From positions 96,001 to 160,000 of the forward strand of contig CBDBCR010000001.1 of assembly GCA_965203465.1 (NCBI GenBank): a stretch of DNA of 64,000 nucleotides, read 5' to 3'. The stretch is from Nitrosopumilaceae archaeon. Its GTDB lineage: Archaea > Thermoproteota > Nitrososphaeria > Nitrososphaerales > Nitrosopumilaceae. The notes beneath the pieces are model-generated. The model had not been told where the DNA came from. It ran no database searches and was given only the letters and a program-made list of their open reading frames with translations. This document shows, in pieces, positions 47,684 through 57,042 of the stretch (its first letter is position 1; each line of letters begins with the position of its first letter). The translations under genes and the position numbers were made by a program.

Positions 47684-48581
47684 GGCGCAGCTCCACCTCC
47701 ATGCCGTCCTCGGCGGCCGTCACGTCGCCGTGGAACTTGGCCGCCTCGTCGCGCAAAATCTGCACGTCGGGGTAGCGCGCGGAAAAGTGCGTCAGTATCA
47801 GGCGCCCCGCGCCGGCCGCGCCGGCCAGCTTTGCGGCCCCCGAGGCCGTGCTGTGGCGCGTCTCGGCGGCCCGCTCCTTCCTGTCGTCGCCGAACGTGGC
47901 CTCGAAGACGAGCGCGTCGCACCCTTTGAAGAAATCCTGCAGCTGCGCCGTGGGACGCGTGTCGCCGGACACCCCGACGCTCAGGCCGGGCCTCCGCGGG
48001 TCTGCCACGTCGGGGGGGGAAAACTCCCTGCCCCCGTGCGAGACCTTCTGCCCCCGCTGCAGCCTTCCCCACAGCGGGCCCTCCGGTATACCGAGGGCCT
48101 CGGCCCTGTAGCGGTGGAACCGGCCGGGCCTCGAGTCCTGGTCGAGCCTGTACGAGAGCGATTCTATCCCGTGGTCTGCTGCGCACGCGGACACCGAATA
48201 CCCGCGGCCGCGCACGCGCCCGCCTGCCCGTAGCCTCTTTACCGACATCTCGAACGGAGGCCTGAAGTTGAGCAGCCTCATGTTGATGTCCACGAATTCC
48301 TCTATGCCGCGCGGCCCGAATATCTCCAGCGGCCTGGTGCGCCCCTTCATGGCCATGGTCTGCACGAGGCCGATCACGCCTAGGCAGTGGTCGCCGTGCA
48401 TGTGCGTGACGAATATCCTCGTGTCCTTGTTCCAGCCCAGGCCGGCCCGCGCGTAGGCGGTCTGCGCCCCCTCGCCGGCGTCGAAGACGGTTATCTCGCC
48501 GCCGTGCACGAGGCACAGGCACGACATGGATCGCGAGGCGGTCGGCTGCGCCGCGGACGTGCCCAGAAAGACCAGCTTCAC
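47673..48581 (-). CDS. rnz: Ribonuclease Z
   Basis: FLGTSAAQP, FDAGEG, THMHGDH, PEGP exosite, SGDT, LTHFSARY. Confidence 0.95.
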   Translation of the reverse strand: MKLVFLGTSAAQPTASRSMSCLCLVHGGEITVFDAGEGAQTAYARAGLGWNKDTRIFVTHMHGDHCLGVIGLVQTMAMKGRTRPLEIFGPRGIEEFVDINMRLLNFRPPFEMSVKRLRAGGRVRGRGYSVSACAADHGIESLSYRLDQDSRPGRFHRYRAEALGIPEGPLWGRLQRGQKVSHGGREFSPPDVADPRRPGLSVGVSGDTRPTAQLQDFFKGCDALVFEATFGDDRKERAAETRHSTASGAAKLAGAAGAGRLILTHFSARYPDVQILRDEAAKFHGDVTAAEDGMEVELRHDS

Positions 48582-48654
48582 GGCCGGCCCGCGCGCGGGA
48601 TCTCTTATCGGTGTTTGCGCATGGTAAATAGCCGGCAGGCCCCCGCCCACGCGC

Positions 48655-49317
48655 GTGGACTTGGACGGACTGGCCCGCGCCGTGGCGCGGTGCAAAAAGT
48701 GCCCGCGGCTGTACGGGTACACGCGCGAGGTGGCGCGCGCCCGCGTGCGCCGGCACGCGCACGAAAAGTACTGGGGCCGGCCGGTGCCCGGGTTCGGGGA
48801 TCCGCGCGCCCGGCTGCTGGTAGTCGGCCTCGCGCCCGCGGCGCACGGGGCCAACAGGACGGGGCGCATGTTCACCGGCGACGGCTCTGGGGACTGGCTG
48901 GCGCGCGCCCTGCACGGGGCCGGCTTTGCCTCCCTGCCTACAAGCACCCACGCCGGCGACGGCCTGGAGCTGCGCGGCGCGTACGTGACGGCCGCGGTGC
49001 GCTGCGCCCCGCCGCAGAACCGGCCGTCGCCCTCCGAATTCGCCGCCTGCCTCCCGTACCTAGAGGCCGAGCTGGGCCTGCTCGCCAAAGTGAACACCAT
49101 AGTCTGCTTGGGCCACGCCGCCCACGCGGCGGTCTGCAAGATCCTCAAAACAAAGAGGCGCGACATGCCGTTCTCGCACGGGGCCGTCCACCGCGCCGGC
49201 CCCTATCGCGTAGTCTGTTCGTACCATCCGAGCAGGCAGAACACGCAGACCGGCAAGCTCACCTGGGGGCAGTGGGAGCGGGTCTTTGCGCGCGCCAAAA
49301 AACTGTCGGCGCGCTAG
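48655..49317 (+). CDS. Uracil-DNA glycosylase family 5 (UdgB-like, Fe-S)
   Basis: CKKCPRL, GLAPAAHGANRTGRMFTGD, RCAPPQNRP, YHPS. Confidence 0.9.
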   Translation: MDLDGLARAVARCKKCPRLYGYTREVARARVRRHAHEKYWGRPVPGFGDPRARLLVVGLAPAAHGANRTGRMFTGDGSGDWLARALHGAGFASLPTSTHAGDGLELRGAYVTAAVRCAPPQNRPSPSEFAACLPYLEAELGLLAKVNTIVCLGHAAHAAVCKILKTKRRDMPFSHGAVHRAGPYRVVCSYHPSRQNTQTGKLTWGQWERVFARAKKLSAR

Positions 49318-50165
49318 GCCAGCAGGGCCTCTGCTATGGGCCCCGAGACGTCGACTGTCCCCGAGACGGTATTGGACGATATTATATCGGATACGCCCGC
49401 GCGCCTTAGCCTCTGGGCCGCGCCGCCTACGAGCAGCGCGTGTGTGCAGGCTGCCACCATGCGGCCGGCCCCCTGCTTTTTGAGCAGGCGCGCGGCGCCC
49501 TCTATGCTGCCGCCCGTGCCGATGATGTCGTCGACGATGACTACGTCCCTGCCGGACACCCCCGCGTCGCGCCCCGACGTCGTCGTCCTGCCAGTCCTTC
49601 TGTCGCGCTTTTTTTCCAGCGCCGCGCAGTCGGCGCCCATCAGCCTCGCCAGCGCGCCTGCCCTGCCTGCCCCGCCCGCGTCGGGCGATACGACCACCGG
49701 CCTTTCCAGCTTTGTTCTGCGCAGCCGGGCGGCCAAGGCGGGCGCGGCAGAGACATCGGTCGCGCGCCTGCCCAGGTGCCGCAGGGCCTCCCTGCTGTGT
49801 ATGTCGACGGTCACTATCCTGGAGGCGCCCAGCGCCGAGAGCGCCTTGGAGACGGCCCCGATCGTGACAGCCTCGCCTGGCAAAAACTCCCTGTCCTGCC
49901 TCGCGTACCCCGCGTAGGGTATGACCGCCGTCACCGGGCCCCGGCCGCGCGCGGCGTGCACCGTGGCGAATATCTCCATCCAGTTCGAATCGACCGGCGG
50001 CGAGGCCGACTTTACCACCGCCGAGGGGCCCTTCCAGTCTGGCAGCGTCACCTTGCGCTCGCCGTCGGAAAACACCCGCACGCGCGAGGCCGCGCAGCGC
50101 GCGCCCAGCCGCCCGGCTATCCTCCTTGCCAGCGGCCCGGCCCCGCTGCCCGAGACTACGATCAT
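49314..50165 (-). CDS. prs: Ribose-phosphate pyrophosphokinase
   Basis: FSDGE, PYAGYARQD, VSPDAGG, VDDIIGTGGS. Confidence 0.93.
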   Translation of the reverse strand: MIVVSGSGAGPLARRIAGRLGARCAASRVRVFSDGERKVTLPDWKGPSAVVKSASPPVDSNWMEIFATVHAARGRGPVTAVIPYAGYARQDREFLPGEAVTIGAVSKALSALGASRIVTVDIHSREALRHLGRRATDVSAAPALAARLRRTKLERPVVVSPDAGGAGRAGALARLMGADCAALEKKRDRRTGRTTTSGRDAGVSGRDVVIVDDIIGTGGSIEGAARLLKKQGAGRMVAACTHALLVGGAAQRLRRAGVSDIISSNTVSGTVDVSGPIAEALLA

Positions 50166-51919
50166 TCGTCGTCGCCGCCCCGCACGATGTCGCCCACCCC
50201 GTACTCTTTGACTATGGATCTGCGCCGCGCGTCCAGCGACGCTATCTCCTCGGCCTCCCTCTTTTCGTCGCCGTCGTACACGGTCCGTATGGGCCAGGGT
50301 ATCCTGATGTCGTTCTTTTTGAACTCTTCGTGTATGAACATCATCATGTCCGTCTTTGTCTTGTACTGCGAGCCGTAGTCGCGCACGTACACCCAGAGCA
50401 TAAAGTCGAGCGAGGAATCGTTGAACTTCGTGAACCGGACCACGGGCTGCTCTATCTCGCTCACGTGCACGTCCTTGTCGCAGCCGCAGCTGGGCCTGTT
50501 CTGCTTCCTGTACGGGCAGGTCATGTGCCTGACCAGGTGCCCGCCGGAGGGGTCGACGACCTCCTCCATGGCCCTCTTGCCCACCTTGATCAGTATGGCG
50601 GCCACCTGCCGCGGGTCGTTGAGGTACGAGACGCCCACCTCGACGACGGCCGGCACCATCCTGATCTCCTTGGAATAGTTTATGATCTGCGCGTTTATCA
50701 GCTGCCGGGTGGGTATGATGGCGACCGACTCGTTGAGCGCGTGGCGCAGGTACGTGACCCTCGAGGTGATCTTGTGCACGTACCCGTTGTAGCCGGTGTC
50801 CAGCTTTACGCGGTCGCCCTCGACGTATATCTTGTCCTTGCGCACCAGTATGTACGCGAAATAGTTCTGCAGCGTCTCCTGCAGGGCGAACCCCACGCCT
50901 ATGCCCAGGCCGCCGACTGCCGTGGCCAGCACGAACAGATCCACGCCCCACCAGCCCACCACGCCGAGCAGCACGGCGGCGAACATGCCGACGGGCAGTA
51001 TGCTCGTGAACGACTTGGGGAGGTTCTTGCGCTTGCGCCTGGCGTTGCCAGGCGGGCGCGCGCCCGGCTCTATGCGGCCAAAGCCGCCCATCCTCTTTTC
51101 TTCCCTCCAGATGTCTATTGGGTATATCTCCTCGGGGTCGCGCGCCGTGCGCAGCACCCTGCCTGCCCCGTTGTTGCCCGAGACGCACGACTCGAAATAC
51201 GAGCGGTACTTTGACCTCTCGCTCTCTTTCCACTCCTCGAACGGGCGCTTTGATATGTCCTCATAGCTGCCCACGGAGGCCCCGTTGCGCGTCCTGTACG
51301 ATTCGAGGCGCCTCCTTCCCCCCTCCGTCCCCACCAGCTCCTTGAACTCGGCTTCGTCCATCCCGTCGGGGGGGCCGGCAGGCGGCACCCACCTGAAGAG
51401 CTTGTGGAACATGTCGCCCTCGTCGTCCTCAAAGCCCATCATGGAGCGCCACTGCTCGTAGTCCTGCTTTTCCAGCTCGGACTTTTCGCGTTTTGTCAGT
51501 ATTATGGGCACCAAGCGGGCCACCGTGTACCCTATGACCAGCACGTCCATGGTGTTGAGCAGCTTTACGAACGTCTCCTGCGCCGTGAGCTGTCCGCCCA
51601 TCTCGGCGAGCCTCTCTGCCTCCTCGTCGAAGAGCTCGAAGGTCTGTATGTACGCGTTGACCGACGATATGAGCGCGACGCCGAAGACGGGCAGCACCGC
51701 GACTTGGACGAACTTTGACAGGTGCGGCCTGTGGTAGTAGAACTTTTTGCCGCGTATCCAGCCGGAGAGCTTGCGGTAGCCCATGGCTATGCCAACTATG
51801 CCGACCACCAGCACCACCATGGCCGCCTGCAGCGACTGCGACGAGGCGAGCAGCTGCGAGAGCGTGTCAAAGTGGCCCGCGTTTCCGGCTACCGCGCTTG
51901 CCACGTCGTGCCCGGACAT
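50162..51919 (-). CDS. mscS: MscS-family mechanosensitive channel with long N-terminal region
   Basis: GGLGIGVGFALQETLQNYFA, GDRV, IIPTRQLINAQIINYS, VGVSY, FNDSSLDF, IRIPWP. Confidence 0.9.
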   Translation of the reverse strand: MSGHDVASAVAGNAGHFDTLSQLLASSQSLQAAMVVLVVGIVGIAMGYRKLSGWIRGKKFYYHRPHLSKFVQVAVLPVFGVALISSVNAYIQTFELFDEEAERLAEMGGQLTAQETFVKLLNTMDVLVIGYTVARLVPIILTKREKSELEKQDYEQWRSMMGFEDDEGDMFHKLFRWVPPAGPPDGMDEAEFKELVGTEGGRRRLESYRTRNGASVGSYEDISKRPFEEWKESERSKYRSYFESCVSGNNGAGRVLRTARDPEEIYPIDIWREEKRMGGFGRIEPGARPPGNARRKRKNLPKSFTSILPVGMFAAVLLGVVGWWGVDLFVLATAVGGLGIGVGFALQETLQNYFAYILVRKDKIYVEGDRVKLDTGYNGYVHKITSRVTYLRHALNESVAIIPTRQLINAQIINYSKEIRMVPAVVEVGVSYLNDPRQVAAILIKVGKRAMEEVVDPSGGHLVRHMTCPYRKQNRPSCGCDKDVHVSEIEQPVVRFTKFNDSSLDFMLWVYVRDYGSQYKTKTDMMMFIHEEFKKNDIRIPWPIRTVYDGDEKREAEEIASLDARRRSIVKEYGVGDIVRGGDDE

Positions 51920-51984
51920 TTCCGGCCCCCGCCCCCGCACCCTTTAATAAGAGTAGAACCCGATCCGGCGCGTTGGCCCAGGAG

Positions 51985-53328
51985 ATGGCGTGGAAGGAGC
52001 CGCGCATATCGTCGTACACGCTGGCAAACTACCGCAAGCTGCCCCAGATCTCGCAGATGAGCGAGGAGCGCCAGTTCGAGATGGAGGTGGTCGGCAACGT
52101 GCTGCCCTTCAAGGCCAACAACTACGTGGTGGAGCAGCTGATAGACTGGTCAAAGGTGCCCGACGATCCCATCTACGTGCTCACCTTCCCGCAGCGCGGC
52201 ATGCTCGTGCCCCGCCACTACCAGGAGATGGAGGAGGCCCTCAAGAGGGGCGCGGACCGCAAGGAGATAGCCGAGGTGGCCAACCGGATACGGCTGCAGC
52301 TCAACCCGCACCCGGCCGGCCAGATGGAGATGAACGTGCCGTCCCTTTCGGACGGCACGAAACTGTACGGCATGCAGCACAAGTACAAGGAGACGTGCCT
52401 GTTCTTCCCCAGCCAGAGCCAGACGTGCCACGCGTACTGCAGCTTTTGCTTCCGCTGGCCGCAGTTCGTCGGCATGGACGAGATGAAGTTCGCCATGAAA
52501 GAGAGCGAGTCGCTGGTAAGGTACGTGCGCGAGCACCCCGAGATAAGCGACGTGCTGTTCACCGGCGGCGACCCGATGGTAATGAAGGCGCGCATGTTCG
52601 GCACGTACGTAGACGCGCTGCTCGACGCCGACATACCGCACCTGCGCACCATCCGAATAGGCACCAAGGCCCTGGCGTACTGGCCGTACAAGTTTCTGAC
52701 GGACGACGACGCGCAGGAGATGCTCGACATCTTCGCGCGCGTGGCAGCAAAGGGCAAGCACCTTGCCATCATGGCGCATTTCAACCACTTGGTGGAGCTT
52801 TCGACCGGGGCGGTCCGCGAGGCCATGGCCAAGATAAGGATGACCGGCGCGCAGATACGCACCCAGTCGCCGCTGCTGGCGCACATCAACGACGATGCGG
52901 ACATGTGGGCCGAGATGTGGCGCGAGCAGGTCCGGCTCGGCTGCATACCCTACTACATGTTCGCCGTGCGGGACACCGGCGCGCAGCACTACTTCGGCGT
53001 GCCCTTGGCGCGGGCCTACGACATTTTCCGGCGGGCCTACCGGCAGACCAGCGGCCTGTCGAGGACGGTGCGGGGCCCGAGCATGTCGGCTGCCCCCGGC
53101 AAGGTGCTGGTGGACGGGACCCCGACCATATCGGGCAAGAAGGTGCTGTCGCTGAGGTTCCTGCAGGGGCGCAACCCCGAGTGGGTCAACAAGCCCTTTT
53201 ACGCCGAATACGACGAGAACGCGGTCTGGCTGGACGAGCTGAGGCCGGCGTTCGGGGAAAAATTCTTCTTTCAGGACGAGATGGAGAGCAGGTACGGGCA
53301 GGCAGGCACGCTGCGGACGAAAAATTGA
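51985..53328 (+). CDS. KamA-family radical SAM aminomutase
   Basis: HKYKET, CHAYCSFCFR (CxxxCxxC), LFTGGDP, IRIGTK, HFNH, QSPLL, PYYMF, APGK. Confidence 0.9.
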   Translation: MAWKEPRISSYTLANYRKLPQISQMSEERQFEMEVVGNVLPFKANNYVVEQLIDWSKVPDDPIYVLTFPQRGMLVPRHYQEMEEALKRGADRKEIAEVANRIRLQLNPHPAGQMEMNVPSLSDGTKLYGMQHKYKETCLFFPSQSQTCHAYCSFCFRWPQFVGMDEMKFAMKESESLVRYVREHPEISDVLFTGGDPMVMKARMFGTYVDALLDADIPHLRTIRIGTKALAYWPYKFLTDDDAQEMLDIFARVAAKGKHLAIMAHFNHLVELSTGAVREAMAKIRMTGAQIRTQSPLLAHINDDADMWAEMWREQVRLGCIPYYMFAVRDTGAQHYFGVPLARAYDIFRRAYRQTSGLSRTVRGPSMSAAPGKVLVDGTPTISGKKVLSLRFLQGRNPEWVNKPFYAEYDENAVWLDELRPAFGEKFFFQDEMESRYGQAGTLRTKN

Positions 53329-53370
53329 CAAAAGCGCAAATACAGCTGACAAGCGGGGTTTAGTAGTGCT

Positions 53371-54831
53371 ATGCCGAATACGGGCATGGACGCCGGCGCG
53401 GTGCTAAAGGCCATAGAGGATCAGGGGATCACGTTTCTGGACTTTTGGTTCGTCGACGTGTTCGGCGAGCTCCACCGCATGGGCATGCCCAGCTACGCCG
53501 TGGACGAGGGCAGCTTTGAGAACGGGCTGGAAAAGCTGGACGGCTCGTCCATCACCGGCTTCAAGTCGGTCAACAAGTCGGACATGATACTAAAGCCGGA
53601 CCCGGACACGTTCCGGCGGCTGCCCTCCGACTACGACGACGGGCGGCGCGCCAACGCCCGCATAATATGCGACCTGTACGAGGGCAACACGACGGAAAAG
53701 TCGCGCTACAACCGGGATTCGCGCGGCATCGCGCACAAGGCCGCGCGCAAGCTAGACGATCTGGGGTTCACGAAGACCAACTGGGGCCCCGAGATCGAGT
53801 TCTTCGTCTTTGACAACATCAACGTGTACCCGTCGCCGTACGCGGCCACGCACTCGGGCGGCGGCTCCGGGTACTCGATAGAATCCACGGAATCGCCGTG
53901 GGCGCAGGGCAACATCAGCACAGCCATAAACTTCAAGCAGGGGTACTATCCGTCGCAGCCAAAGGACACGCTCGAGACTTTCCGCAAGGACATATGCGAC
54001 GACCTGTACACGTACTTTGGCATAAAGATAGAGGCCGAGCACCACGAGGTGGCCACCTCGGGGCAGTGCGAGATCAACCTGGTGTACGACGAGATGCTGT
54101 CGATGGCCGACAACGTGGTGACCGTCAAGAACATGGTAAAGGTCAAGGCCAAGCGGCGCAGCAAGGTGGCCACGTTCATGCCAAAGCCCATCTTCGGCGA
54201 CAACGCCTCGGCCATGCACGTGCACCAGAGCCTGTGGAAGGACGGGGCCAACGCCATGTACGATCCGGGCGACGACGTGGCTCAGCTGAGCCAGGACGGG
54301 CGGTACTACGTGGGCGGGATACTCGACCACGCATCGGCGCTGTGCGCCATATCCAACCCGACGACCAACTCGTACAAGCGGCTGGTGCCCGGCTTCGAGG
54401 CGCCGGTCAACATGTGCTGGGGCATCGGCAACAGGTCCGCGGCGGTGCGCGTGCCCATGTACTACCGCAACCAGGAAAAGAGCAAGCGGATAGAGTACAG
54501 GGTGCCCGACCCGACGGCCAACATCTATTTGCTCGAGGCGGCCCTGCTGCTGGCAGGCCTGGACGGGATACGGCGCAAGCTGGATCCGGGAGATCCGGTC
54601 GAGGAGAACATATACCAGCTCTCCGACGCCAAAAAGCGCGAGTACAACATCGGCTCGCTACCCGTCTCGCTAAAGGGCTCGCTCGACGCGCTGGGAAGCG
54701 ACAACTCGTTCCTATCGGACGTGTTCACGTCCGACTTTCTGGACACGTACGTCTCGCTAAAGCTGAAGGAATACGTGGCCTTTGCGCAGACCCCCACCGC
54801 CTGGGAGGTCTCGATGTACACCGACTCGTGA
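53371..54831 (+). CDS. Second glutamine synthetase-family ligase (GlnA2)
   Basis: DGSSI, GPEIEFF, HHEVATSGQCE, DNASAMH, RLVPGFEAP, NRSA, EYRVPD. Confidence 0.92.
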   Translation: MPNTGMDAGAVLKAIEDQGITFLDFWFVDVFGELHRMGMPSYAVDEGSFENGLEKLDGSSITGFKSVNKSDMILKPDPDTFRRLPSDYDDGRRANARIICDLYEGNTTEKSRYNRDSRGIAHKAARKLDDLGFTKTNWGPEIEFFVFDNINVYPSPYAATHSGGGSGYSIESTESPWAQGNISTAINFKQGYYPSQPKDTLETFRKDICDDLYTYFGIKIEAEHHEVATSGQCEINLVYDEMLSMADNVVTVKNMVKVKAKRRSKVATFMPKPIFGDNASAMHVHQSLWKDGANAMYDPGDDVAQLSQDGRYYVGGILDHASALCAISNPTTNSYKRLVPGFEAPVNMCWGIGNRSAAVRVPMYYRNQEKSKRIEYRVPDPTANIYLLEAALLLAGLDGIRRKLDPGDPVEENIYQLSDAKKREYNIGSLPVSLKGSLDALGSDNSFLSDVFTSDFLDTYVSLKLKEYVAFAQTPTAWEVSMYTDS

Positions 54832-54860
54832 GCCCTGCCCAACACGATCGCAACGGCATT

Positions 54861-55435
54861 ATGCAGATCACGACTGAGCCGTCCTGCGATGATTGCAAGG
54901 CCAAACTGTTCGCATCTCTGATTGCCGCTGCAGTGCTCGTATTCGCCGCGATGGCCTTTGTGGCGACGGGAGACCGAAATCCAAAAGACAAAACGCTGGA
55001 AAAAGCTCAAGAAAAGCAAGAGCGCGATCTGGTTTCGCAAAAGATGACGCAGCTTGTAGTCGAAGCGCAGGAATTGACGGAAAGGCTCCAGTCTGAAAAC
55101 AGCCAAAGTGAGAAACAGAGAATCGGCGCAAGGCTAGACGAGATACGGGGCGAGCTGGACAAAATCGAGAGCGACAACCGCGTAAAAGACGTACCGCAAG
55201 CGCAGCTCGACGAGCTACTCGGCAACAGGTGGCTTTTGGGGAAAGATTGATGCAGTCCGACGCCGTGAAATTTGTCGTGGCCATAGGAATAGATCTCTCC
55301 GGCAGGGAAATCCAAGTTGTGCTGAACGAGAGTCTCGTAGGCTCGCACAACATTGATTCAATAATCAACGATCTGCAAAAAATGATGCCTGCCAATGCAA
55401 ACTGGCACGTTGTCTTGTCCGGCGGCCCTCCGTAA
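54861..55435 (+). pseudogene. Lower-GC membrane-anchored coiled-coil gene, probably frameshifted near 55220
   Basis: Two overlapping ORFs (54861-55250 and 55229-55435) with atypical codon usage that read as one continuous protein after a frame change. Confidence 0.45.
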
Positions 55436-55514
55436 GCACACACAGTTCCAGAGATCAGATTCGCGCGGGGCCGGCCGACCAAGGTTTTTAACGTCGGCGC
55501 CGCGAGCGCGCCCC

Positions 55515-56135
55515 ATGCTGCTTGCGGCACTCGCTGCGGTTCTGCTGATGCTGCCCGCGGTTGCGCTGGCCCACCAGCTCGACACGGTCGGCGAGTACCG
55601 CGTCCAGATAGGCTGGCAGTACGAGCCGGCCATATCGGGCGAGCCCAACGCCATACAGCTGTGGGTCAGCCCGTTCGACCCGTCGACGCCCGTAGAAGAG
55701 CAGCCGTTCCGGGACGGGATCACGGGGCTGCGCAAGGATCTAAAGATAGAGCTGGTGCTGGGCGAGCAAAAGGTCACCCTGCCTATTTCGGTGGACCACG
55801 ACGTTCCCGGAAAATACTACGCGCTGGTCAGCCCGACCGAGCCGGGCTACTACCAGGTCAACATACTGGGCAAGGTCGGCGAGACCGTCTTCAACAAGGC
55901 GCTGCACGCCCCAAAGGTGGAAAACAGCGAGTTCATCCGGTTCCCCGCACCCGGGGATCCGGCCGGTGCCCAGCTGGACCGCCTGGGCGCGGACTTGGCG
56001 CGGCTGGAGGCCTCCGTCTCCGGCCTGGAACAGCGGGTCTCGGCGGCGCCCGGCCCAGAGACCGGATACGCGGCGCTGGGCCTGGCCGCGGCCGCCGCGG
56101 CGGTTTCGGGCGTGGCGCTGGCGCGGCGCCGCTAG
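55515..56135 (+). CDS. Secreted protein with C-terminal anchor
   Basis: Signal peptide ending ALA-H, IGWQYEP, GKYYA...PTEPGYY, coiled coil, TM segment + RRR. Confidence 0.8.
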   Translation: MLLAALAAVLLMLPAVALAHQLDTVGEYRVQIGWQYEPAISGEPNAIQLWVSPFDPSTPVEEQPFRDGITGLRKDLKIELVLGEQKVTLPISVDHDVPGKYYALVSPTEPGYYQVNILGKVGETVFNKALHAPKVENSEFIRFPAPGDPAGAQLDRLGADLARLEASVSGLEQRVSAAPGPETGYAALGLAAAAAAVSGVALARRR

Positions 56136-56166
56136 TTTTATACCACAACGCGGCGGGGCGCGCCGC

Positions 56167-57042
56167 GTGGATTTGGTCTGCGTGCCCGCCTTTAACGAGG
56201 AGGGGACCGTCGGGCGAGTGGTAAAGGAATCGCTAAAGTTCGCCGACAGGGTGGCCGTCTGCGACGACGGCTCGACCGACGGCACGGCCGCCGAGGCGCG
56301 CGCGGCCGGCGCGCACGTCATAGAGCACGGCTCCAACAGGGGCTACGGCGCGGCGCTCTCGACCCTCTTCGAGTTCGCCCGCTCCTCGGGCGCCGAGACC
56401 ATGGCGACCATCGACGCGGACGGGCAGCATTCCCCCGCACAGATACGGGACCTTGCCGCCGCGCTGGAGCGGCACAGCGTCGACGTGGTGATAGGCTCGC
56501 GGTTCCTGAGCGGGGGCAGCACGCCGGCCTACAGGAAGGCGGGCATCCGGGTGATCACGTCGGCGTCAAACTACGGCACGGGCCTGCGCGTATCGGACGC
56601 GCAGTCGGGGTTCCGGGCGTACTCGCGCGCCGCGGTAGATCTCATCCGGCCGTCCGAATCAGGCATGTCCGCCTCCACGCAGATACTAAAGCAGGTCTCG
56701 GACAACGGGCTCTCGCTGGCCGAGGTGCCCGTCGAGGTCTCGTACGACGTGCCGCACGCCTCGGGGCAGCCGGCCGTCACGCACGGCGTCTCGGTCCTGG
56801 TCTCGGCGCTGAAACTGGTCTCCATCAGGCACCCGCTAAAGTCGTACGGCGCGGCGGGCCTCGCGTTCCTGGTGGCCGGCCTCTCGCTGGGCGCGGTGTT
56901 TTTCGACGCGTACATCAACGAGCAGTCCGTCTTTTACGGCTCGCTAGTGGCCGCCATCGTGCTGTTCCTGCTGGGCACCATACTGCTGGTCACGTCCATA
57001 CTGCTGTTCACCATGGCCAACCTGATCAGGGACCGGCCCTAG
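56167..57042 (+). CDS. GT2 glycosyltransferase (DPM synthase-like) with two C-terminal TM helices
   Basis: PAFNEE, DDGSTDGT, DADGQH, IGSRF, DAQSGFRAY. Confidence 0.92.
   Translation: MDLVCVPAFNEEGTVGRVVKESLKFADRVAVCDDGSTDGTAAEARAAGAHVIEHGSNRGYGAALSTLFEFARSSGAETMATIDADGQHSPAQIRDLAAALERHSVDVVIGSRFLSGGSTPAYRKAGIRVITSASNYGTGLRVSDAQSGFRAYSRAAVDLIRPSESGMSASTQILKQVSDNGLSLAEVPVEVSYDVPHASGQPAVTHGVSVLVSALKLVSIRHPLKSYGAAGLAFLVAGLSLGAVFFDAYINEQSVFYGSLVAAIVLFLLGTILLVTSILLFTMANLIRDRP

Noticed and set aside
51985-53328. EpmB (EF-P beta-lysylation) or AblA role for the KamA protein
   Set aside because: Archaea use aIF5A hypusination rather than EF-P lysylation and no ablB acetyltransferase is adjacent; a lysine substrate itself is not excluded
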